A stretch of 64,000 bases of DNA from assembly GCA_963666285.1 (NCBI GenBank), contig OY762711.1, one strand, 5' to 3'. A program made the translations under genes and the position numbers. The notes below the pieces were generated by a model. That model was not told the origin of the DNA. It made no database searches and was given only the letters and a program-made list of their open reading frames with translations. The DNA is from Sedimentisphaerales bacterium (GTDB lineage Bacteria; Planctomycetota; Phycisphaerae; Sedimentisphaerales; SM23-30). Shown one piece after another: positions 1 to 9,566 of the stretch; the first letter of the stretch is position 1, and each line of letters begins with the position of its first letter.

Positions 1-1397
1 TTTACCGCTGACTGTTCCAGGGTCTCAGGTATCTGCTCCAGTCCGGACGATACACCTCGCACTACAAATGGCAGCCGCCTTACCGCATATGCGATTACAA
101 TTATGATGAACGGGTTGAAGCCCGGCCCGAATTTCTCCAGTGGTGTACCAAATGCCGTCAGCATTACATAACCTGCTGCCATGATTAAGCCCGGGATTGC
201 CAGCGGCAGCATCAGTACGCCGTCAAGGATCTTAGCACCAATATGCTTCTTGCGTATTATCAGCCATGCCGCGGTTATACCGATTACAAGGTCAAGTATG
301 GTCGAACATGATGCATATTTTACACTGTTCAAAATACTGGTCCTGGTCTGCTCATCGGTAAATGCCTGCAGAAAGAATTTCGCGGTAAAATGCTGCGGTA
401 GAATGGTATTTACCCAGTCTTTTGAAAATGCTATCAAAATAACTCCGATATGCGGTAAAATAGCCATAATCAGGACCGAAAGAAATAGTAAATGTACGCC
501 CATCGCACCTTTTAGCGAAAGCTTATCTATTATCGCCGCTCGCGACGCCTTGCCGCTTTCCGAAGCTACCGTCTTTTTCACCATGAACTTGCTTGTTATA
601 TATAACAGCAGCGAAACTACCAGCAGGATAATTACAAAGCCGTATGCGCTGCCGTCTATATTCGCCATTTTCAGCTCGGTGAATATCTTTATCGGGGCCA
701 GGTCGTTATAATTGAATATCAGCGGGGTTCCGATATCGGTAAATGACCAGATAAATACCAGTGACGAACCGGCAAAGATTCCAGGGCTCAGCAGTGGAAT
801 TACAACTTTCAACAGTGTCCGCCATCTGCCTGCTCCCAGGTTGTTTGATGCCTCTACCATTGCCGGGTCCATGTTTGCCAGGGCAGAACTGAGGTTCAGA
901 TACATAATCGGAAACAAATGCAGCACCTGCAGCAATACCACCGCACTAAAACCGGCGCCCAGCCAGTCATAGGCCTGACCATATTCAATAATACCTGTTT
1001 CGATCAGGAAGCGGTTCAGGATACCATATTGGGCCAAAAACCTTTTTACACTCATCGCTCCGACAAACGGTGGCAATATTAGCGGGGCCAGCATAAGGGC
1101 ATTATATAATGTCTTAAACCTGAAATTATATTTGCTCGACGCTATTGCCATTGGCAGCGAAATGATAATCGATATCACTGTCGTCGATATCGCCAGGACA
1201 AAACTGTTGATCAGTGATTTCAGCAGTACCGGCTCTTTTATGATCGTGCTCAGCCAGTAAAAGCTGAACTTGCCCTGGTAATAGAAGCCTTGCTTGGCTG
1301 CCATTAAAACAGGGACGACAAAGAATGCCGTCATCATTATCAGTATAAACAGAAACGCTAATTGCGTTGACCAGGATATTCGTTTTTTCTTTAGCAT
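1..1397 (-). CDS. Fe(III)/thiamine-type ABC transporter permease (runs off window edge)
   Basis: Not in ORF track. Minus-strand ATG at 1397 reads MLKKKRISWSTQLAFLFILIMMTAFFVVPVLMAAKQGF..., hydrophobic, with an EAA-like loop (MVEASNNLGA). Lies directly downstream of the substrate-binding protein gene. Confidence 0.85.
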   Translation of the reverse strand, partial: MLKKKRISWSTQLAFLFILIMMTAFFVVPVLMAAKQGFYYQGKFSFYWLSTIIKEPVLLKSLINSFVLAISTTVISIIISLPMAIASSKYNFRFKTLYNALMLAPLILPPFVGAMSVKRFLAQYGILNRFLIETGIIEYGQAYDWLGAGFSAVVLLQVLHLFPIMYLNLSSALANMDPAMVEASNNLGAGRWRTLLKVVIPLLSPGIFAGSSLVFIWSFTDIGTPLIFNYNDLAPIKIFTELKMANIDGSAYGFVIILLVVSLLLYITSKFMVKKTVASESGKASRAAIIDKLSLKGAMGVHLLFLSVLIMAILPHIGVILIAFSKDWVNTILPQHFTAKFFLQAFTDEQTRTSILNSVKYASCSTILDLVIGITAAWLIIRKKHIGAKILDGVLMLPLAIPGLIMAAGYVMLTAFGTPLEKFGPGFNPFIIIVIAYAVRRLPFVVRGVSSGLEQIPETLEQSAV

Positions 1398-1466
1398 AAA
1401 ATATATAATTATAATCGAGCGTTTGCGACATCTCTTTACTTAACTAAAACTAACCGAAAGACAGTT

Positions 1467-2816
1467 TTAGTTATCTATTATCTCGGTAAACAACTTCCTG
1501 AAATGTTTGCTCCATTCGCTTACGATTGCATAACGTTCGTCGTTGTTCTTGATTTTTGTATGCAGCTGGTGAATCTTTTCAACTGTGTCGATATTCTCCG
1601 GCAGAATTGCAAACTTCTTTATCAGCTCTGGGTTCTCATGAACCTTTTTACGGGCTTTTTGTAATAGGTCTGTATTGTCTATTGCCGCCGCTTTAACCAG
1701 GTAAACCAGTACATCATAACGTACTTCACGAAGTTCTCCGTCCAGTTGCAGTGGAGCTGCTATCTTATATGGACTCTTGATATATTCAGGTAGTTCGTCT
1801 TTGTAAATGTCATAAACATCTTTCCTGATCGGCATACGGTTTAACGCCGCACCTTCAGGGCCGTCTTTTGCTCCCGATGGCAGGATCCACAAGGCCTGGC
1901 CTTTAGGACTCAGGATAAATTCTATAAATGCCTTGGCTGTTTCCTTATGTGGCGGATTCTTTAGCATTGATATCGGGTCAGGGGTGTAGCCTGTTCCGCC
2001 TTCAGGGCTGACATACCCTAAAGCTTCAGGGTTTTTGGCTACCCGGTCCAGGCCGTAATAGTCGATACAAGTTGCTGCCGCAGCTTCACCCAGTCTAGGG
2101 GCATCTGCTGCTTCGCCGCTGCCCTGGGTGAACTTCTTGGCATTACCCAGAATTGAAATTACCAGCTGCCAGCCGTCCTGCCAGTTGTCACATGACTGGA
2201 CGATCATCTCGAGGGTAGCCGCCATAGAGCCGGAATGTGAAGGGTCCGCCAAAACTACCTGCCCGTAAAATTCCGAGCCGGCAATATCTGACCATTGTTT
2301 CGGGGTCGGCAGGTTCAGATTAGTTAAAATTTCTTTATTATAGATCATGCCAAAGCTGCTCAATACATTGCCGTACCAGCATTTGCCTTTGCCGTACATC
2401 CTCATTCCGCCAAACTCTTCCGGGATGTTCTCATATATTGCTGCTGATAGTTCCAATGGTTCCAGTAGGCCTTCCTTTTCCAGCAGGATATGAGGGTTCT
2501 CGCCCGTTCCCCATAGCAGGTCGATACCACAGGTCTCTGAGCTGGAATATACGTTTCGGATATAATTTAGAATGGTACTGCTGCCGCCGTCAATAGAGCG
2601 GGGCACAAACCGAACCTCTCGACCGGTCTGCTCTTTGTAATATTTTTTGAATGCATTTTCAAATTCCGATTTGATTGACTTCTTATGAGGGCTGATATAT
2701 ACCAGTTCATCGGCATCTGATGCTGATTTCTCCGAACATCCTGTCAGCAGGACTGACGCAATTGCTGCTAGTATAAAGGCGCACATATTCTTCATTTTGT
2801 CATAAACTCCAATCAC
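1467..2816 (-). CDS. ABC transporter substrate-binding lipoprotein (iron(III)/AfuA-like)
   Basis: Lipobox LLTGC; motifs DLLWGTG, GMIYN, LADPSHSGS, AKAFIEFILSPKGQ. Confidence 0.85.
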   Translation of the reverse strand: MIGVYDKMKNMCAFILAAIASVLLTGCSEKSASDADELVYISPHKKSIKSEFENAFKKYYKEQTGREVRFVPRSIDGGSSTILNYIRNVYSSSETCGIDLLWGTGENPHILLEKEGLLEPLELSAAIYENIPEEFGGMRMYGKGKCWYGNVLSSFGMIYNKEILTNLNLPTPKQWSDIAGSEFYGQVVLADPSHSGSMAATLEMIVQSCDNWQDGWQLVISILGNAKKFTQGSGEAADAPRLGEAAAATCIDYYGLDRVAKNPEALGYVSPEGGTGYTPDPISMLKNPPHKETAKAFIEFILSPKGQALWILPSGAKDGPEGAALNRMPIRKDVYDIYKDELPEYIKSPYKIAAPLQLDGELREVRYDVLVYLVKAAAIDNTDLLQKARKKVHENPELIKKFAILPENIDTVEKIHQLHTKIKNNDERYAIVSEWSKHFRKLFTEIIDN

Positions 2817-3189
2817 TCATAAAGTTAGGTCCGGAACCACTGCTCCGGAGTTAGCAAATTAATGCTAATTAGTTTACCCTAAACCTGTTCAGATTTCATT
2901 AACAAAATTACTTCGTCAGTTATCGCGTTCAAATTCTCGTACTATCCATAACTTTCTCGTTTGATTTGTCTTGTTTTTTAGAAGTTGTGTGCAAAAGTAT
3001 GCCTGTCTGCGGCAATCTTTTCAAACTTAACATAGATTAGTTTGGTTTAAGCTAAATCTTTTAATTGCAATTGGATATGAGTTTTATTAACCTTATGTAA
3101 AATTTTCTTTTTGTTTTAACTGCATTATGTACAATGTTAAAACAAAATTAGGTTACATATTGCTATAAAGGTATTGTTGTTTTACTGTC

Positions 3190-3391
3190 AGTTTACTTTA
3201 GCAGTTTTTAAGTTGCAATAACGAAGTGCCTCTGGTAAATCGTCTAAAAGGGCCTTCCTGCAACGCTTTGAATTAAATATACTTTCGAGAATTAGCTCGG
3301 AAATACATTTAAATATAAAGTTTTTCATTCAAAAGGCCCTGTTCTGGCCTTTGCGTGTAATGTTGAACAGTCAAAAGTACGATACCGCACT
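3190..3391. repeat. Dispersed MITE-like element, copy A (202 bp)
   Basis: Left arm tttaagttgcaataacgaagtgcctctggtaaatcg...agggccttcctgcaacgcttt and right arm ggccctgttc.ggcctttgcg...gttgaacagtcaaaagt.cg....cg.act are shared with copies at 7602, 34358, 46211 and (left arm only) 51799. Confidence 0.9.
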
Positions 3392-3411
3392 GTAAAAAAG
3401 GTGAATATATA

Positions 3412-6400
3412 ATGTTATCACATGAAAATACATTTACGCTTAACAAAATAATCGCTCGTATCAAGCTTATCGAACCGCTTGTCTTTAGAAATCGTCTGCC
3501 GCTTGGCAGTATCAGCTATATCGAACATGAAAGAGCTGCCGTTTCGCCGCTTATCCACGAACCCATCGACGAAAGCTGGCAGACTCTTACCCCGCCGTGT
3601 AACTGGGGCGGCTGGAACAGAAATTATACTATGCGTGCCGCTTTTTCAGTTCCTGCCGAATGGGATCAATCTCAACCGGTCGCACTGAACTTCAATCTCG
3701 GCTCTATCGATATCTGGGATTTTACCCATCCGGAAAATCTCCTCTATATCGACGGAAGAGAAATATCTGCTGTTGATATAAACCATACGGTTGTCTATAT
3801 CCCCGCTGAATTCTGTGATGGCAAAAAACATGAAATCGCTATGCACGGATATACCGGCCGCTGGGATATTCACGATAAAGACCCAGGCGGTACTCTGTTC
3901 ATGAACCATAACTACCTCGTACAGATTGACGAGCCGACCAGGGACCTGCTGGCCTTAATGCGGGTTGCTTCTGAAACCGCGAAACGTTTGGATAACAAAG
4001 ATTTCGCTCGTATTCGTATCCTGGATGCGTTAAATACAACCCTGCTGAAACTGCATTCTTCATATTCACCTTGCGATGCCTTCTATGCAACTGTACCAGA
4101 AGCTATGAACATCTTACAGGCCGAACTCCAAAAAGCAGGCCCTGCAATGGATGTCGAACTTAGTGCTATCGGTCATTCTCATATAGATGTTGCCTGGCTA
4201 TGGCGGCTCGAACAGACCCGCCGTAAATGCGGCCGGTCTTTCAATACCGTACTTGCTCTTATAAAGGAACATCCGGAATATATCTTTACCCAGTCTCAGC
4301 CGCAGCTTTATGAATATGTCCGCCAGGATTACCCCGAATTGTTCGAGGGTATCCGGCAGGCCGTCAAAGACGGCAACTGGGAGATCATCGGCGGTATGTG
4401 GGTTGAGGCCGATTGCAACCTTACCGGCAGCGAAGCACTTGCCCGCCAGTTCCTCTACGGCCGCAGGTTCTTCCAGCAGTATTTCGGCAAAGATGTTGAA
4501 TCACCTGTCCTCTGGCTGCCGGATGTGTTCGGCTATAGTGCCAACCTGCCGCAGCTTATCAAACAGGCCGGGCTGGATTATTTCTTTACTATCAAACTGT
4601 CATGGAGCCAGTTCAACCGCATGCCTTACGATAGCTTCTGGTGGCAGGGCATCGACGGCACACAGATTCTTACCCATATGGGCTCAACCCGTACTGATAT
4701 GACCGCACGCGGCGTTACCTATACCGGCATGGCTACCCCCGAAGAGATTATGAACACATGGGAAAGCTGCAATCAGCAGGAACATCATCAGAATATCATG
4801 ACCTGTTTCGGTCATGGCGATGGCGGCGGCGGACCAACCCGTGAAATGCTCGAAAATATCAGTATTATGAATGATTTTCCCGGCCTGCCCAAAGTCAAAC
4901 ATGACAAGGCAATTGACTTCTTCCGCAAGCTAGAGAAAAACAGCGGCGATCGTCTGCCCAAATGGGTCGGAGAGCTCTATCTCGAATATCACCGCGGAAC
5001 ATACACCTCTCAGGCCAAAAATAAACTCGCCAATCGCAGAAGTGAGTTCGGCCTGCACGATGCTGAGTTCCTCGCATCATACGCCGGCATCGTCGACAGC
5101 AGTTATACCTATCCGAAAGCCGAGCTCGAAAAAGCATGGAAGCTTGTCTGTCTGAACCAGTTCCACGATATTATCCCCGGCTCCAGTATCGCCGAGGTCT
5201 ATGTTGATTCTCTCACCCAGTATGAAGAGATCATGGATATTATCAGGTCTGCTATAAATGATTCGCTCACTTGCATCGCAGCAAAAACCGGCGGCGATAT
5301 CATAGCAGCCAACCCAACATCGTTCACTCGCAGCGATTACCTGCTTATCGAAGATAAACTTCAGCCTTCCCAGTCTGTTCAGGCTCCGGATGGTACTGTG
5401 CTTGCCGTCCAGCCAACAGCCGATGGCACACTTATCGATTGCGGCACACTCACACCTTACAGTATCACCCCGCTGACGATTGTTTCCGAACTAACCTCGT
5501 CACCATTTGCCATGACTGTTTCTCAGTCTCTGCTCGAAAATGAATTTATCCGTATCGAGCTTGATAGCTCCGGCGATATAACCCGTATCTTCGACAAGGC
5601 AAATGACAGGGAACTTATCCCGGCCGGTGAAATAGCAAATCAGTTTATCGCTTTCGAAGATCGACCGCTCAGGTGGGATGCCTGGGATGTCGATATATAC
5701 TTCCAGGAAAAAACAAACTTCGCAGCCCCCGCATCAGCTGTCAAAGTCGTAGAAGATGGCCCGCTGCGAGCGTCTGTTGAGATCACCCGAAAAATACTCT
5801 CCAGTACATATACCCAGAAGATATCTATCTCAGCTAACTCACCTAAAATCGATTTTACTACTACAATCGATTGGCAGGAACGCAGTATGCTGCTAAAGGC
5901 TTCCTTCCCGCTCGAGCTGCTCTCAGATCAGGCAACCTACGAGATCCAGTGGGGCAATGTTAAACGGCCTACCCATACCAATACCAGCTGGGATTGGGCC
6001 AAGTTCGAAAGTTGTGCCCAGAAATGGGTCGATCTCAGCGAACCGGACTATGGTGTCAGTTTGCTGAACGACTGCAAGTACGGACATGATATCCATGACA
6101 GCGTTATGCGGATAACCCTGCTAAAATCCGGCATATACCCCGATCCAAACGCTGATAAAGGTACCCACACCTTCGCTTACTCCCTGCTCCCTCATACCGG
6201 TCCTGTCGGCAATGAAACCATCAATGCAGCCCACGCTCTCAACGATCCGTTAATCGGATATTCGAACCAAAAGTCTGCCGCTGAAATTAAACCGCTAAAC
6301 TCGTTTGTTACTTGTGACAGCAACAATGTCGTTATCGAAACAATCAAACTTGCCGAAGATTCCGACTCTGTTATCATCAGGCTCTATGAATCGCTCGGCC

Positions 6401-6558
6401 GGCGTTCCACTGTCAGATTAAATACTTCGTTCACTTTCAAATCCTGTTATCTGTCAGACCTGCTCGAAAACCAGCTGGAACAAATCAATGTTATAGATAA
6501 TACTGTCGAACTCAAACTTACACCGTTCAAAATAGTAACTCTCAAGATCGAGCTATGA
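3412..6558 (+). CDS. Alpha-mannosidase, glycoside hydrolase family 38
   Basis: GHSHIDVAWLW, WLPDVFGYS, GELYLEYHRGTYTSQ, NQFHDIIPGSSI, LLNDCKYG motifs. Confidence 0.95.
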   Translation: MLSHENTFTLNKIIARIKLIEPLVFRNRLPLGSISYIEHERAAVSPLIHEPIDESWQTLTPPCNWGGWNRNYTMRAAFSVPAEWDQSQPVALNFNLGSIDIWDFTHPENLLYIDGREISAVDINHTVVYIPAEFCDGKKHEIAMHGYTGRWDIHDKDPGGTLFMNHNYLVQIDEPTRDLLALMRVASETAKRLDNKDFARIRILDALNTTLLKLHSSYSPCDAFYATVPEAMNILQAELQKAGPAMDVELSAIGHSHIDVAWLWRLEQTRRKCGRSFNTVLALIKEHPEYIFTQSQPQLYEYVRQDYPELFEGIRQAVKDGNWEIIGGMWVEADCNLTGSEALARQFLYGRRFFQQYFGKDVESPVLWLPDVFGYSANLPQLIKQAGLDYFFTIKLSWSQFNRMPYDSFWWQGIDGTQILTHMGSTRTDMTARGVTYTGMATPEEIMNTWESCNQQEHHQNIMTCFGHGDGGGGPTREMLENISIMNDFPGLPKVKHDKAIDFFRKLEKNSGDRLPKWVGELYLEYHRGTYTSQAKNKLANRRSEFGLHDAEFLASYAGIVDSSYTYPKAELEKAWKLVCLNQFHDIIPGSSIAEVYVDSLTQYEEIMDIIRSAINDSLTCIAAKTGGDIIAANPTSFTRSDYLLIEDKLQPSQSVQAPDGTVLAVQPTADGTLIDCGTLTPYSITPLTIVSELTSSPFAMTVSQSLLENEFIRIELDSSGDITRIFDKANDRELIPAGEIANQFIAFEDRPLRWDAWDVDIYFQEKTNFAAPASAVKVVEDGPLRASVEITRKILSSTYTQKISISANSPKIDFTTTIDWQERSMLLKASFPLELLSDQATYEIQWGNVKRPTHTNTSWDWAKFESCAQKWVDLSEPDYGVSLLNDCKYGHDIHDSVMRITLLKSGIYPDPNADKGTHTFAYSLLPHTGPVGNETINAAHALNDPLIGYSNQKSAAEIKPLNSFVTCDSNNVVIETIKLAEDSDSVIIRLYESLGRRSTVRLNTSFTFKSCYLSDLLENQLEQINVIDNTVELKLTPFKIVTLKIEL

Positions 6559-6817
6559 CAGATTTTTTTTCATCTAAGGTGTTTACATTGATATGACTCT
6601 CATATGCAGAAAACCAAGCTTAAACTCACGTTAGAGATAATCTATTAATAATCTTTCGATTAAATTGGATTTGTTTTTGGTTAGCTGATCATATCTGTTA
6701 TACTGCCATTGACCTGATATCTTTTGCAGTTTAACAGTTGCAGGTAACAAAATCTCTCTGCTAAATACCAAAAGTATGCTTCGTATATAATGTCAGTCTG
6801 AGCCGTACGAATTAAAT

Positions 6818-7414
6818 TTGTTTTTGGAGTTGGATATGGACCTTAGAATCTATCTGCTTGCTATTGTCCCGATGTTTGTTGCTGCCGATCCGATTGGTAT
6901 GCTGCCGATTTTCCTTGGGCTTACCGAAAGATTCAAAGAAAAACAGCGACGTAAAATTGCAGTACTCTCTGTTGCCGCTGCTTTTGTTGTTTCTGTTTGT
7001 TTTGTCTTTATCGGCAAAACCATGTTCAATTTCCTTGGCATCACTATGTATGATTTCATGATCGCTGGCGGTTCGCTGCTTTTCATTATTGCCACTATGG
7101 ATATAGTCAGCGGTGCAAAATCCGCTCACGGCACCAGGGTATCCGGTATCGTTCCTATTGGCGTTCCGCTCATAGCCGGGCCCGCTGTATTGACTACCGC
7201 TCTTATGCTCATCGACCTCTATGGCATAGCAGCAACCCTTGTCTCGATCATCATAAATTTTGCTATGGTCCTGGCCGTGCTGCTCACCAGCGGTTTCTGG
7301 ATCAGGCTGCTTGGTAAATATGTTGCCGAAGCTATGTCTAAAATTATGAACCTGCTGCTTGCCGCTATTGCCGTTATGCTTGTCAGAAAAGGGCTCGAAG
7401 GGCTGCTGGGATAG
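6818..7414 (+). CDS. MarC family integral membrane protein
   Basis: DPIG..PIF, IAGGSLL, VPIGVPLIAGPA, LLLAAIAV motifs; about 6 TM segments; start may be the ATG at 6836. Confidence 0.9.
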   Translation: MFLELDMDLRIYLLAIVPMFVAADPIGMLPIFLGLTERFKEKQRRKIAVLSVAAAFVVSVCFVFIGKTMFNFLGITMYDFMIAGGSLLFIIATMDIVSGAKSAHGTRVSGIVPIGVPLIAGPAVLTTALMLIDLYGIAATLVSIIINFAMVLAVLLTSGFWIRLLGKYVAEAMSKIMNLLLAAIAVMLVRKGLEGLLG

Positions 7415-7417
7415 TAT

Positions 7418-7585
7418 ATGGATATGAAAATTAGAAACGCTGTAACTCAAGATGCCCGGGCTATTGCCGACATTTTCAACTATTATCTGGCCAATACCCA
7501 AATAATGTTCCAGGATCATCTGGTATTTACCAAATTCCTTTCTCTTTTTAGGCTCAATTATTACTTAAAGCCGCAATATGATTAA
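7418..7585 (+). pseudogene. Truncated GNAT N-acetyltransferase (phosphinothricin acetyltransferase-like) remnant
   Basis: MDMKIRNAVTQDARAIADIFNYYLANTQIMFQ resembles the Pat/YncA N-terminus, then degenerates and stops after 55 codons just before repeat copy B. Confidence 0.6.
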
Positions 7586-7601
7586 GTCGATTTATACTAT
7601 A

Positions 7602-7840
7602 CGTTTACTTTTGTAGTTTTTAAGTTGCAATAACGAAGTGCCTCTGGTAAATCGCCTAAAAGGGCCTTCCTGCAACGCTTTAATATTAAATAAAACGTGA
7701 GACGATAGCGAATTATTCCTGATGTCAACGTACATCAGGACACCTTAATTTTTCATTTTTCACTATTCGTTTTTCACTTAATTGGCACTGTTCCGGCCTT
7801 TGCGCGTAATGTTGAACAGTCAAAAGTGCGATACCGCACT
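7602..7840. repeat. Dispersed MITE-like element, copy B (239 bp, carries tcctgatgt hairpin module)
   Basis: Near-identical to copy C over its whole length. Confidence 0.9.
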
Positions 7841-7889
7841 ATCTGACTGCGTATATTTTTAATAAGTGCTTGCCAGAAAGGAATTTAGA

Positions 7890-9089
7890 ATGAAAAATAT
7901 AGTTTCAGCTGCCTTCTCGCTTTTACTTCTTCCCGTTATAGTAAATGCTCAGATTTATTACTGGAATACTTCTCAGGTAATACCCGGCACTGAAAACATT
8001 ACTCCCGGTCCGGGAACGAATCTTTCCGGGTGGAATGGTTATGGTAACAGCAGTCTTGATTATGCCGACCTTTCCGGCGGATTGGATTTAACCGGAAGTG
8101 ATTTCTCTTCCAGCAGTATGAACTTTTCCCGGATGTCGAACGCGAACTTAACTGACAGCCGGTTTGTTATGACTAATATGGCTAACGCCGATTTAAGCAA
8201 TACGAATCTCAGCGAAAGTAATTTCTTCGATGCCTATATGGTTGATTCAGATCTTAGCTATGCCAATTTGTTTTATACAGATTTTATGGATGCCGATTTG
8301 ACAAATGCTGACCTGTCTTATACCGGCCAGAACGGCACCCGGTTCTCCCAGGCAGATCTTTCTAACGCGATTTTTGATAATGCCGTTATAAATGGCGCCA
8401 AATTTGAAAATGCAGTAAATTTTACCAGTCAGCAGCTGTATTCTACCGCCAGCTATATTAGCAGCAACCTGTCAGAAACTATTTTTAATAATTATAATAT
8501 CTCCGGTTGGGATATGTCCGAGCAGAATCTGACTTATGCCGGATTCTTCTTTTCCAATACCACCGATACCGACTTTAGCAGGGCCGACATGCGAAAAGCT
8601 GATTTCGATCAGTATATGTATTCCGCTATTATCGATGACACTATCCTTCCCGACGGTCATATCAACGGACTGGAACTTGGTTCCGGCCAGTCTTTGCCGG
8701 TTCGCGATTTCGACGGCAATCTTGCCATTACTGTCGATAATAAAATGATTCTTTTTTCCGGAAGTGATATAGAGTTTATTTTTGAAGATGATACCTGGGG
8801 TTCCAAGATCACCCTTTCTGAGAATCTGCCGGTTATCCTTGATGGATCAATTACGCTTGCTTTTGCCCCCGGAACTGATATCAAGTCTTTGGTCGGAACG
8901 ACATTCGACATTTTCGATTGGAACGGCCAGCTCAGTATAAATGATGCCTTTAACGAGATAATCTCTGACTACATCTGGAATACTGACAATCTTTATTCCA
9001 CAGGTGAAGTTACACTTGTCGCTGTTCCCGAACCGGCAGCTGTTCTGTTCTTACTGGCCGGTTTGGGTTTGGTTAAAAAAAGACTGTAA
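7890..9089 (+). CDS. Pentapeptide-repeat protein with PEP-CTERM sorting signal
   Basis: Signal peptide; A[DN]LxxA-type pentapeptide repeats; C-terminal VPEPAAVLFLLAGLGLVKKRL; RBS gaaagga before ATG 7890. Confidence 0.9.
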   Translation: MKNIVSAAFSLLLLPVIVNAQIYYWNTSQVIPGTENITPGPGTNLSGWNGYGNSSLDYADLSGGLDLTGSDFSSSSMNFSRMSNANLTDSRFVMTNMANADLSNTNLSESNFFDAYMVDSDLSYANLFYTDFMDADLTNADLSYTGQNGTRFSQADLSNAIFDNAVINGAKFENAVNFTSQQLYSTASYISSNLSETIFNNYNISGWDMSEQNLTYAGFFFSNTTDTDFSRADMRKADFDQYMYSAIIDDTILPDGHINGLELGSGQSLPVRDFDGNLAITVDNKMILFSGSDIEFIFEDDTWGSKITLSENLPVILDGSITLAFAPGTDIKSLVGTTFDIFDWNGQLSINDAFNEIISDYIWNTDNLYSTGEVTLVAVPEPAAVLFLLAGLGLVKKRL

Positions 9090-9285
9090 CTTCCTGCAAT
9101 ATCAAAAAAATGACAGGGCGGTACCGGTTGTATTAGATAACTAAAGGCCACTCTCTTCTTCGCTCAATAACAAAGCTCTCTAAGGAGCGACAGTTTGCAG
9201 CAACGGGCGTGAGCCGTGGAAAAATTTCAATTACAGCAGCAAATCCCTTTAGAGCTGCAGAACTTTTCTCTATTGAATTATCCAA

Positions 9286-9428
9286 CTTTGCGGTCTTTGC
9301 GAGATCAAAAATACAAAACACATTCATCTTGCAAACCAACTTTCTTAATTTTTAATTTCCCTCCTTGCTTTTCTCTTCTAACTCTTCTGCGTCCGTGGTT
9401 CAATCTTTACTCCCGCACCAGATTTAAA
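9286..9428. repeat. ~145 bp direct repeat, copy 1 (partner at 12018-12173)
   Basis: Shares gcgagatcaa.aatacaaaacacattcatcttgcaaaccaactttcttaatt...cgtggttcaatcttt.ctc.cgcaccag.tttaaa with the second copy. Confidence 0.9.
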
Positions 9429-9540
9429 TATACGTCCTATTGTTGAGCATAGCGAAATCCCAATTAATCGGGAATCATCAAGGCAAAATTTACCTCTCAC
9501 TTCTCTTATTTTTACTCTTTTTATTTTACACTTTACACTT

Positions 9541-9565
9541 TCAAACTGCCCATCGGGCAGTTTGA
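9541..9565. repeat. 25-bp perfect inverted repeat tcaaactgccc-atc-gggcagtttga
   Basis: Directly visible; related palindromes at 59720 and 60596. Confidence 0.85.
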
Positions 9566-9566
9566 G

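Noticed and set aside
181..1431. ORFs 181-711 (+), 712-972 (+) and 1126-1431 (-)
   Set aside because: Antisense or off-frame shadows of the ABC permease that starts at 1397 on the minus strand
6812..7519. 235-aa minus-strand ORF
   Set aside because: Antisense to marC; no recognisable motifs
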